From assembly GCA_023205875.1 (NCBI GenBank), contig CP060758.1, forward strand, positions 1,098,319 through 1,118,318: a stretch of 20,000 nucleotides of DNA. The letters run 5' to 3'. Origin of the DNA: Chloropicon primus. Taxonomy: Eukaryota. The notes beneath the pieces were generated by a model. The model saw nothing but the letters and a program-made list of their open reading frames with translations, searched no databases and had not been told where the DNA came from. The position numbers and the translations under genes are program-made. How positions within the stretch are numbered: position 1 is the first letter of the stretch; every line of letters begins with the position of its first letter. Positions 10,659 to 19,001 of this stretch are shown in pieces.

Positions 10659-10740
10659 TTTTCGCGCGCGAACGCAAGCGCGAGAACAAAAAAAAACGCA
10701 AAAAGGTTTTTGCGCAAAGGTTTGCGCAAAGGTTGCGCGG
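10659..10740 (+). promoter_or_regulatory. Putative E2F/DP-type cell-cycle elements in the RNR1 promoter
   Basis: TTTCGCGC (10660-10667) matches the E2F consensus TTTSSCGS and overlaps the palindrome TTCGCGCGCGAA (10661-10672). Palindromic TTTGCGCAAA occurs at 10709-10718 and 10721-10730. RNR genes are established E2F targets in plants and animals. Confidence 0.6.
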
Positions 10741-10753
10741 GGGTTCTTTGAAA

Positions 10754-10785
10754 CGGCACGACACGGCACGGCACGGCACGGCACG
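10754..10785 (+). repeat. Near-perfect (GGCAC)n pentamer repeat abutting the RNR1 ATG
   Basis: CGGCACGACACGGCACGGCACGGCACGGCACG is followed immediately by ATG at 10786. Confidence 0.9.
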
Positions 10786-13242
10786 ATGTTTGTGATCAAG
10801 AGGAGCGGGAAGGAGGAGCCCGTGCACTTTGACAAGATCACGGCGCGGATCAGCAAGCTGGCGTACGGTCTGAACCCGGACTTCTGCGACCCGATCCTTG
10901 TGGCGCAGAAGGTGACCGCGGGGGTGTACAAGGGGGTGAAGACGAGCGAGCTGGACGAGCTCGCGAGCGAGACCGCGGCGAGCATGGCGACCCAGCACCC
11001 GGACTACTCCACGCTTGCGGCCAGGATCGCGGTGTCGAACCTGCACAAGAACACCCTGAAGATCTTCACGGACGTCATCGAGGTCATGTACAGGCACGTG
11101 AACCCCAAGAACGGCCAGCGGGCCTCGTTGGTGGCGGACGACGTGTACGAGATCATCATGAGGAACGCCGAGAGGCTGAACAGCGAGATCATCTACGACA
11201 GGGACTTCGTGTACGACTACTTCGGGTACAAGACCTTGGAGAGGAGCTACTTGCTGAGGGTGAACGGGAAGATCGTGGAGAGGCCCCAGCACATGCTCAT
11301 GCGCGTCTCCGTGGGAATCCACAAGGAGGACATCGACAGCGCGGTGAAGACCTACCACCTGCTGAGCGAGAAGTGGTTCACCCACGCCTCCCCGACCCTG
11401 TTCAACGCGGGGACGCCGAGGCCGCAGCTCTCGAGCTGCTTCCTGCTCACGATGAAGGACGACAGCATCGAGGGGATCTACGACACGCTCAAGGAGTGCG
11501 CCGTGATCAGCAAGAGCGCCGGAGGCATCGGGCTGAGCATCCACAACATCCGGTCGACGTCCTCGTACATCAGGGGGACGAACGGGACCAGCAACGGCAT
11601 CGTCCCGATGCTGCGCGTGTTCAACGACACCGCCAGGTACGTGGACCAGGGGGGCGGCAAGAGGAAGGGCGCCTTTGCCGTCTACCTCGAGCCCTGGCAC
11701 CCGGACGTCTTCGACTGGCTTGACTTGAGGAAGAACCACGGGAAGGAGGAGGCCAGGGCCAGGGACCTCTTCTACGGTCTGTGGACCCCCGACCTGTTCA
11801 TGAAGAGGGTGGAGTCCAACGGGGACTGGAGCCTGTTCTGCCCCAACGAGGCGCCGGGCCTGGCAGACTGCTGGGGAGCCGAGTTCGAGGAGCTCTACAC
11901 CAAGTACGAGAGAGCGGGCAAGGCCAGGAAGACCATCAAGGCCCAGACCCTGTGGTTCGCCATCCTGGAGGCCCAGGTGGAGACCGGGAACCCTTACATG
12001 CTGTTCAAGGACGCGTGCAACAGCAAGTCCAACCAGCAGAACTTGGGGACCATCAAGTCGAGCAACCTCTGCACGGAGATCATCGAGTACACCTCGCCGG
12101 ACGAGACCGCCGTGTGCAACCTGGCCTCCATCGCCCTGTCCAGGTTCGTCGTGGACAGGAACGCCCAGGAGGACCAGTACCAGAAGAAGGTGGCGGGCAG
12201 CATGGGCGCCGAGGGAAGGTACTTCGACTTCAAGAAGCTCGAGGAGGTCACCACCCAGGTCGCGATCAACCTGAACAAGATCATCGACGTGAACTTCTAC
12301 CCCGCGGAGACGGCTCGCAACTCCAACATGAGGCACAGGCCCATCGGCATCGGCGTGCAGGGCCTCGCGGACGCCTTCATCACCCTCGGCATGCCCTTCG
12401 ACTCGGCGGAGGCCGCCAAGCTGAACCAGGAGATCTTCGAGACCATCTACTACGCCGCGCTCAAGGCCTCCATGGAGACGGCCAAGAGGGACGGCCCGTA
12501 CTCCTCGTTCAAGGGCTCGCCCGTCTCCAAGGGCATCTTGCAGTTCGACATGTGGAACGTGACGCCAAGCGACAGGCACGACTGGGCTCAGCTCAGGAAG
12601 GACATCGCCCAGTACGGTGTGAGGAACTCCCTGCTCTTGGCGCCGATGCCGACGGCCTCCACCTCCCAGATCCTCGGCAACAACGAGTGCTTCGAGCCTT
12701 ACACCAGCAACATCTACACGAGGCGCGTCCTGTCCGGGGAGTTCGTGGTGGTGAACCAGCACCTCCTCCACGACCTGGTGTCCCTGAACTTGTGGAACAA
12801 GGACATGAAGAACACGCTGATCGCGCACAACGGCAGCGTCGCCAAGCTCGACATCCCTGACAGGTTGAAGAACATGTACAAGACGGTGTGGGAGATCAAG
12901 CAGAGGACCCTCATCGACATGGCGGCGGACCGAGGCGCCTTCATCGACCAGAGCCAGAGCTTCAACGTCCACATGAGCGATCCAAACTTCGGGAAGATGA
13001 CCTCCCTCCACTTCTACGCCTGGAAGAAGGGTCTCAAGACGGGAATGTACTACCTGAGGACCAGGGCGGCCGCGGACGCGATCAAGTTCACCGTGGACCA
13101 GCAGGCCCTCAAGGCCGCGGAGAAGAAGCTCAGCAAGGAGAACGTGGACGCGGAGGCCCTCTCCAAGAAGAGCGACAAGGAGCTCGCGGCAATGGTCTGC
13201 TCCTTGGAGAACAAGGACGAGTGCTTGATGTGTGGGGCCTAA
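10786..13242 (+). CDS. RNR1: Ribonucleoside-diphosphate reductase large subunit (class Ia), 818 aa, intronless
   Basis: Starts [22 protein letters not shown] (ATP cone). Catalytic motifs LSSCF, SNLCTEI and AVCNLAS, radical-transfer GMYYLR, and C-terminal CLMC. A plant-like insert precedes RYFDF. No intein is visible. Confidence 0.98.
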   Translation: MFVIKRSGKEEPVHFDKITARISKLAYGLNPDFCDPILVAQKVTAGVYKGVKTSELDELASETAASMATQHPDYSTLAARIAVSNLHKNTLKIFTDVIEVMYRHVNPKNGQRASLVADDVYEIIMRNAERLNSEIIYDRDFVYDYFGYKTLERSYLLRVNGKIVERPQHMLMRVSVGIHKEDIDSAVKTYHLLSEKWFTHASPTLFNAGTPRPQLSSCFLLTMKDDSIEGIYDTLKECAVISKSAGGIGLSIHNIRSTSSYIRGTNGTSNGIVPMLRVFNDTARYVDQGGGKRKGAFAVYLEPWHPDVFDWLDLRKNHGKEEARARDLFYGLWTPDLFMKRVESNGDWSLFCPNEAPGLADCWGAEFEELYTKYERAGKARKTIKAQTLWFAILEAQVETGNPYMLFKDACNSKSNQQNLGTIKSSNLCTEIIEYTSPDETAVCNLASIALSRFVVDRNAQEDQYQKKVAGSMGAEGRYFDFKKLEEVTTQVAINLNKIIDVNFYPAETARNSNMRHRPIGIGVQGLADAFITLGMPFDSAEAAKLNQEIFETIYYAALKASMETAKRDGPYSSFKGSPVSKGILQFDMWNVTPSDRHDWAQLRKDIAQYGVRNSLLLAPMPTASTSQILGNNECFEPYTSNIYTRRVLSGEFVVVNQHLLHDLVSLNLWNKDMKNTLIAHNGSVAKLDIPDRLKNMYKTVWEIKQRTLIDMAADRGAFIDQSQSFNVHMSDPNFGKMTSLHFYAWKKGLKTGMYYLRTRAAADAIKFTVDQQALKAAEKKLSKENVDAEALSKKSDKELAAMVCSLENKDECLMCGA

Positions 13243-13366
13243 GGGGGCGTTCTCCAGTCCCACCACGAGGCGAAGCGGGACCACCGTTGTCATTTCTTCC
13301 GAGGCTTTTGCTTTGTTTGTTTTTCGGGAAAATCAATAACAAGAGCCTCGTTTTCATTTTCTGGTC

Positions 13367-13371
13367 TGTAA
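13367..13371 (+). promoter_or_regulatory. Candidate chlorophyte polyadenylation signal TGTAA for RNR1
   Basis: TGTAA lies ~125 nt after the RNR1 stop in a T-rich 3' region. UGUAA is the established chlorophyte poly(A) signal. Confidence 0.45.
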
Positions 13372-13705
13372 TACCATCGAACCAACAACATCATGAATTC
13401 ATTCTCCCTTTCCTCTCTTGCTCTTCCCTTCCTTCCTTCCTTCCCCTGAGGAGGAGATGATGGACAATGTTGACCCCCCCTAAGGACAGGACAGGTGGAA
13501 TGGATTATTGTTGTTGCTCAAACCCCTGGACAGGACAACACACACACACACACGAGGACGAGGACGAGGACGAGGAAAGAGGGGGAGTCGAGTAGAGCGC
13601 GTGCAAAGGAAGGAAACAAGGGACGACAAGGGACACTCAGACAGCTTGGGGCCAGACCAAGAACCAGGAAGACAACGAAACGGGAACCCATTTTGTTGTC
13701 CAAGA

Positions 13706-14539
13706 ATGTCGCAACCTTACCCCAAGGTCCAGCACGAGGGGGGGGATAATCAGGGAGACCAAGCCGGGGGAACGGCTTACCCTGCGATGAACAAGGGCGC
13801 AGGTGCAGCTACTGGTGGCGATCCTTACCAGGCCGTTCCAACCAAGCCTCCTGTGCAGGCCGCCCCCACCAAGCCTCCGGCCCAAGCGTACCCGGGTGCC
13901 CCACCACAGCCAGGTCAGCCGGGTTACGGGCAGACACCAGCCCCAGGGTACGGCCAGCCCCCTGCCCCAGGGTACGGGCATCCACCAGCCCCAGGGTACG
14001 GCCAGCCCCCTCCAGGCCAGCCGGGTTACGGCCAGCCACCAGCTCCTGGGTACGGCCAGCCCCCTGCCCCAGGGTACGGGCATCCACCAGCCCCAGGGTA
14101 CGGCCAGCCCCCTCCAGGCCAGCCGGGTTACGGCCAGCCACCAGCTCCTGGGTACGGCCAGCCCCCTGCCCCAGGGTACGGGCATCCACCAGCCCCAGGG
14201 TACGGCCAGCCCCCTCCAGGCCAGCCGGGTTACGGCCAGCCACCAGCTCCTGGGTACGGCCAGCCCCCTGCCCCAGGGTACGGTCATCCACCAGCCCCAG
14301 GGTACGGTCATCCGCCAGCGCCTGGGTACGGTCATCCGCCCCCACAGCCGGGTTACGGGCAGCCCCCTCCAGGCCAGCCGGGTTACGGCGCTCCCGCATA
14401 TCCCCAGGCCGCCCCGACGCAGGGCTACCAAGCTGCACCCACCAAGTCCCGCTCCCACAGGTCCGGAAGGAGAAGGCACCGGAGAAGAAAGTCCCACTCC
14501 TCCTCGGACTCTTACTCTTACTCTGACGACGACTGGTAG
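13706..14539 (+). CDS. Proline/glycine/tyrosine-rich repeat protein (19 PGYG units) with a basic segment and Ser/Asp tail, 277 aa
   Basis: ATG at 13706 (MSQPYPKVQHEGG...). Repeat units differ largely at synonymous positions (CCG GGT TAC, CCA GGG TAC, CCT GGG TAC), which supports coding in this frame. Ends KSRSHRSGRRRHRRRKSHSSSDSYSYSDDDW. Confidence 0.8.
   Translation: MSQPYPKVQHEGGDNQGDQAGGTAYPAMNKGAGAATGGDPYQAVPTKPPVQAAPTKPPAQAYPGAPPQPGQPGYGQTPAPGYGQPPAPGYGHPPAPGYGQPPPGQPGYGQPPAPGYGQPPAPGYGHPPAPGYGQPPPGQPGYGQPPAPGYGQPPAPGYGHPPAPGYGQPPPGQPGYGQPPAPGYGQPPAPGYGHPPAPGYGHPPAPGYGHPPPQPGYGQPPPGQPGYGAPAYPQAAPTQGYQAAPTKSRSHRSGRRRHRRRKSHSSSDSYSYSDDDW
13919..14389 (+). repeat. Coding minisatellite: 24/30-bp subunits arranged in a 102-bp higher-order repeat
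   Basis: CCGGGTTACGG recurs at 13919, 14021, 14123 and 14225. The period is 102 bp = 34 aa = 8+8+8+10. Confidence 0.95.
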
Positions 14540-14779
14540 GCGGCGGGCGCCTTCGAGGTGGTGGACACGCAAAGGCGTCCACTCGGTTCGAGAGGAAAAG
14601 GAGGATGTATACCATTATTCATTGTCTTACGAATGGAACCGCTTGTTGTTCTTGTTCTTGTTCTTGTTCTCTTGTCTCCCCAGCACCCGCCTTTGTCTTC
14701 GCCTTTGTCCTTGTTGTCGATCGATGTCTTTCTTGTCCCTGGGATCCCTGCCCTTTTCTCGAGCGCATCGCCAGCCGTT

Positions 14780-16090
14780 ATGGAGGCGGGCGGCCAGGAC
14801 GGGGACGGCGGCGATGGCCAGGAGGAGGCAGCCTCCAAACAGAGACACAGGGGCGAGGACGAGAAGGACTTGACCATGACGACGTGTGCGAGAAAGGTAC
14901 CTCCTTCGACGAGGAGGGGTCAGGGGGCGGAAGGGAGGCTGCGAGGGGCCGTGCTGGCGCTCCTGGTGGTGGCCGCCTCGTGCGAGGTCGCCGTCTCCAG
15001 GGGGGGGCACCACCAGGAGGGTGAGGGGTCGCACCCGAGGCTCCTTCAGTCGCACGCCAGACTGTGCAACGAGCTCGAGCGAGACGTCGCCCACGCGGAG
15101 CTGCTGAGGGAGAGGCAGAGGAAGAGCGAGGGGGGCGCGCAGGGGAGGGAGCCCATGGTCAAGTGCATGACGCACCACTACGACGCCGCGAGGGGTCACG
15201 AGGGTCACCCCCCGCTGTCCATTCACGTGAACGCCCCCGTGACCCTCAAGTCGCTCTCCGTGAACGCCACGATGAGGACGGCGGACTTTCCCTCCGCCCG
15301 CGTCGGTCTGCGGGCCAGGGCCATGCCCCGCTTCTACAAGGACCTGGTCCCTCTTGGCCTCAGCAAGTCGGTGGAGGTGGGTCTCAAGGGCAGCACCTTC
15401 ATGAACGTCACGGGGCCGGAGCTCCACGGGCTCCTCGACGAGCACCGCGACGACCACGAGGGCTGGGTCCAGGTGGGTTGGACCTCCGCCCCCGACCACG
15501 CCGACTACCCCGAGTCCGGGGAGCTCCTCGGCTTGACGCGGTCCCCAAGGAGGTTCACCCACCTCGACCAGCTGGAGCAGCTGGAGCAGCTGGGTCTGGA
15601 GTGGGAGAGCGACCACGCCGTGATGGGGCCGAACGCCACCCTGGACGCCTTCCTGAGGGAGAGGACGGGGTACCACGCCGGGAACGGCGGGAGCCTCGGA
15701 ACCTGGACCCTGGTGGTGGACCCGTCCGTGGCCGTGCGGGGCTGGTCCGTCAGGATGTGCTTCGACGCCAAGACGAACTACGAGACGATCTGCAGGAACC
15801 AGCCGGGTTTCTCGCTCCGCGGCGGGGAGGACGACGAGGCGATGCGGGTGGAGGCCATGTCGGGCCGGGCGAGGGCACCCGAGTTCTGCCTCCCGGGGTT
15901 CCGCGTGTTCTGCGCGGCCAGGCAGAGGAGGATCAACGAGGACATCACTTGCGCGGCCAAGGGCCGGTCCTGGAACCCCTTCACTCGGGTGACCCAAAAC
16001 TACTGCTGCAAGAAGTTCCGGTGGCTGTTCTGGAGGCACTGGGCCAGGAAGACCTTCAACCCCGTCTGCAGGAGGTTCTACAGGACCTGA
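14780..16090 (+). CDS. Hypothetical secreted or membrane-targeted protein with a proprotein-convertase P-domain-like region and a Cys-rich basic C-terminus
   Basis: Long ORF with the same GC3 bias as its neighbours. Start is ATG 14780 (436 aa) or 14876 (404 aa). Hydrophobic segment AVLALLVVAASCEVAVS. P-domain-like blocks LSIHVNAPVTLKSLSVNATM and TLDAFL...GSLGTWTLVVD...VRGWSVRM. Confidence 0.7.
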   Translation: MEAGGQDGDGGDGQEEAASKQRHRGEDEKDLTMTTCARKVPPSTRRGQGAEGRLRGAVLALLVVAASCEVAVSRGGHHQEGEGSHPRLLQSHARLCNELERDVAHAELLRERQRKSEGGAQGREPMVKCMTHHYDAARGHEGHPPLSIHVNAPVTLKSLSVNATMRTADFPSARVGLRARAMPRFYKDLVPLGLSKSVEVGLKGSTFMNVTGPELHGLLDEHRDDHEGWVQVGWTSAPDHADYPESGELLGLTRSPRRFTHLDQLEQLEQLGLEWESDHAVMGPNATLDAFLRERTGYHAGNGGSLGTWTLVVDPSVAVRGWSVRMCFDAKTNYETICRNQPGFSLRGGEDDEAMRVEAMSGRARAPEFCLPGFRVFCAARQRRINEDITCAAKGRSWNPFTRVTQNYCCKKFRWLFWRHWARKTFNPVCRRFYRT

Positions 16091-16253
16091 GAGGGAGAGG
16101 GAGAGAGCAAGCCAGTGAGGTGTTGTTCCTCGGAGGGAGTGAAGCTCTTGTTGTTATTTTTATCATCATTTATCGTCATTGTTATGCACTTCTTTTGCTT
16201 GCTTGGGGTTTGGTTGTTCGTCCGCAACGTCCGTAACGTGTGTCGCCCCTCCT

Positions 16254-16907
16254 TCATCCTCCGACGCCGAAGAACGATCCGAGTACGCTGAAGCCGATGT
16301 TCTGGAAGATTCCGAAGGCCTCGCTCGGCGACATGAGCGGTGGGTTGGGGGCATTGCCTCCGTTGATGCCGGTGATGAGCTCGTTGAAACCTTCATCCTT
16401 TGTCGTTTGGTTTAGCGTAGTGTACATCGCCATGTTTTCTTGCAAACCCGCTTCGGCGCCAGTCAACGCCTCCATCAGGCTTTCCTCCTCGGTCGCGTTC
16501 AGCGGTATTCCCATCGTGGCCTGCGGGACGGTCCCATAGCCGTCGGTCCCGACCGTGCTATTCACCGGCGGCTGTTCGGCGTTGACTGCGTTGATGGCAG
16601 AGTTCACTCCATTGCCGCTGTCCCCGCCCTCGAAGAACCGGGTGAAGGTGTTGCGGATACCTCTCAAGGGAACGCGGAGGGGAACGATGTCCTCAACGAC
16701 GCTGGGAACGCTGCTGGGAAGCACGGCCTGCGCGTTCACCTGGCTCAGCGGGTTCAGGTCGAAGTCCGTCGGAATTCCGAACGAGGCGAGGTTGAAGACC
16801 TGCAGGGAGCGGCCGGTCTTGGAGCACCTCGCGCCCCCGAGGACGAGGGACACCAGCAGGGCCACCAAGCCCACAGAAAAAAAAGCGGATGAAGACCTCG
16901 TCTTCAT
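16254..16907 (-). CDS. Hypothetical secreted protein, 217 aa
   Basis: ATG at 16907 gives MKTRSSSAFFSVGLVALLVSLVLGGARC, a signal-peptide-like start. The Asn/Gly-rich body has N-x-S/T sequons (NST, NAT, NQT). No family recognised. Confidence 0.7.
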   Translation of the reverse strand: MKTRSSSAFFSVGLVALLVSLVLGGARCSKTGRSLQVFNLASFGIPTDFDLNPLSQVNAQAVLPSSVPSVVEDIVPLRVPLRGIRNTFTRFFEGGDSGNGVNSAINAVNAEQPPVNSTVGTDGYGTVPQATMGIPLNATEEESLMEALTGAEAGLQENMAMYTTLNQTTKDEGFNELITGINGGNAPNPPLMSPSEAFGIFQNIGFSVLGSFFGVGG

Positions 16908-17200
16908 GGTCGTGGTCGTGGTCGTGGTCGTGGTGAGGAGCGAGATGAGTCCGAGTGTCGGTCCGTGGTCGCCCGCCCTTGTATGCAGGAATTCTTGACA
17001 CACACACACTCTCTCTCTCCGGCAAGGGCGGCAGAGAGAGGGGCGAAAACGAAAAAACCCTCGGAAGCCGTTTGCCGTGACCCTGTGATCCCACGGACAA
17101 GACAATCACGGAACAATGGCGGACGTGACCCAACGGCGAGACGACCGTGCCGTGCATGAGCGGGCGGCGTGCGTTCCTCGCTCGCTCGACAAAAGGGAAG

Positions 17201-18397
17201 ATGAGGAAGGCGACCACCAACGTACTCGCCCTCGCCCTCGCGATCGCACTCGCGGCGGCCTCCGTGTCCAGTGCCCTCGGCGCCCGTTTCGTCCCAAGGG
17301 ACGAGCACATCGACATCGGTCGGAGGCGCGCCCTCCTCGTAACGGACGGGAACGGCAGCACGACGGACTTCGTGGAGACGGACTTTTCCTCGCCCCACAA
17401 CTTCTTGATGCTGTCGCCAACGAGAGAGGGGGCTTACCCGGCCGTGGTCTTCGCCCATGGCCTCTGCGGCCCCGGAAAGACCTACCACGAGTTTCTCCAC
17501 GGCATCGCGCGGGAGGGCTACGTCGTCGTCGCGAACCTCGAGCAGCAGGACTGCAGCGAGAGCCTCTTCACCGTCTTCTCGAGTAGCCCGTTTCCCAAGC
17601 TCGAGGCCGCGGCCAACGGCGGGGTCATGCTCGGCAACCTGCGCCAGGAGGTGGACTTCCTCCTGGGGAACTCGTCCTTCGACGGCGAGAACCTCGCTCT
17701 GGTCGGGCACTCCATGGGGGGAGGCGCCGTGATCGACTTGGCGGCGGAGCTGGCGTCCTCCCACCCCGGACTCGTCAAGGCCGTGGCGGCCATCGCGCCG
17801 TGGAACGGAATTGGCGCCAAGGGCGCCCCCAGACCAAGCCGGGTCGCGCACGAGATCAAGGCCCCCCTCCTCCTCATCTGCAGCAACATGGACCAGCTCG
17901 TGCCGTGCTCCGGCGAGATCGGGTCCTACACCGGCGCCAGCAAGAATCCCATGGCCAAGGGCCTCTTCAACACCCTCTTCAAGGGCACCGACGGTGAGTC
18001 ACAGACCCTCCTTTCTCTCCCCGGACAATGGCACTGACGCTAGCTGGTTTCTTCTCGCTTTCGTTGTCTCTGACCCCTCTCTCACTCTCACTCTCACTCA
18101 CTCAATACTCTCTCATTGTGCGGGAAAGACACCTGGTTCGGCGGCGTGGAAGCGATCAAGGAGGACGCCATGCGTGGCGAGTCGAACGTGACGTACGTGG
18201 ACCTGCCCGACGGCGGTCACTTTGCTTTGGCTGGAATCTCCAAGGAACAGCTGGAGGGCATTGGGGAGGAGTGGGGGCAGCCCAAGATGTTGGTGGACAT
18301 GATGCTGGCGTCGGGGGAGATCAACCTCGGAAACCCAGAGGACACGGGGGAGGAAGTCAGGGAGGACGTCATCGACTTTCTCAAGCAACACTTGTGA
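17201..18397 (+). CDS. Secreted alpha/beta-hydrolase, chlorophyllase/cutinase(PETase)-like; join(17201..17993,18129..18397), 353 aa
   Basis: Signal peptide MRKATTNVLALALAIALAAASVSSALG; YPAVVFAHG; nucleophile elbow GHSMGGG (Ser codon 17711-17713); AVAAIAPW; PLLLICSNMD (Asp 17891-17893); YVDLPDGGHF (His 18218-18220, exon 2). Splicing joins the two ORFs in frame as KGTD-D-TWFGG. Confidence 0.85.
17994..18128 (+). other. Spliceosomal GT-AG intron of the hydrolase (135 nt, phase 1)
   Basis: Donor GTGAGT at 17994; CTGAC at 18034-18038 and 18070-18074; AG-free pyrimidine-rich stretch 18044-18126; next AG at 18127-18128. Removing the intron eliminates an in-frame TGA and brings in the catalytic His. 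Confidence 0.85.
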
Positions 18398-18565
18398 CTC
18401 ACAAGTTGTGACCGCACGGACTCTCTCCTTCTACCAGATCTCCGTGTATCATCTTCCAGGTCAAGTCGGCTTTGGAAGGGGACCTAAACATCCAGAGAGA
18501 GAGGTGCTTGTGGGATTGTTATTTATGGATTTGATTATTTGTGGTCGTCGTCGGTGACTTGGTAG

Positions 18566-18570
18566 TGTAA
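18566..18570 (+). promoter_or_regulatory. Candidate TGTAA polyadenylation signal for the hydrolase
   Basis: TGTAA ~170 nt after the stop codon, in an AT-richer 3' region. Confidence 0.4.
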
Positions 18571-19001
18571 TGTACAAGCATCACATCATTCTGCTGCTTT
18601 TATTGCCCATTTTGGGCCTATTTTTCCGGTACGAATAGTGGAGTGACGGATCCAGATCGTGTCCGATGGCTGTAAAAATTTGTCAGCAGGGGTTTGTATT
18701 TTATATTTGGACATTCGTTGAATATGGTGTATCTTCCCGTCGTCCTTGAGCCTGTAGAGGTCCATCTGTCGGACCACTAAAACCCAAACCACAGCCCTCC
18801 ATGGAGGGTGAGGACGATGTGTGAATGGAGTCCGTGATGAAGAGGCCTGTTCCGGGTGGAGTGCAATAGAGGGCACCAGAGAATAAAGAGATTGAATCGT
18901 AAACCTTACCCTGATCCACTCTTCTGCTGGAATCCGTCGTCTTATGCGACCTGATTTAGGGCCGACTAAAACCCAGATCACACTTAAGACCTATACCAGA
19001 A

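Noticed and set aside
10465..10785. 107-aa N-terminal extension of RNR1 in the ORF track
   Set aside because: It covers A-tracts, E2F-like sites and a microsatellite. The conserved RNR1 N-terminus begins at ATG 10786.
10603..13293. 896-aa minus-strand ORF opposite RNR1 (likewise 1943..3952 +, 9048..10367 - and 14627..16039 -)
   Set aside because: Codon-register antisense shadows of real GC3-rich genes, with the typical V/L/H/R-rich composition.
13919..14389. Possible CRISPR-like array (also considered for the 198-bp repeat)
   Set aside because: Contiguous tandem units with no unique spacers, in a eukaryotic context with no cas genes.
18391..18411. Palindrome CTTGTGA-C-TCACAAG over the hydrolase TGA stop, a possible readthrough or Sec signal
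   Set aside because: Short. The protein already ends with a typical final helix, no SECIS-like structure is evident, and another in-frame TGA follows within a few codons.
18770..18980. Telomerase RNA gene candidate based on CTAAAACC motifs
   Set aside because: No convincing USE/TATA Pol III promoter or T-run terminator arrangement. Telomere-like motifs are expected in subtelomeres.
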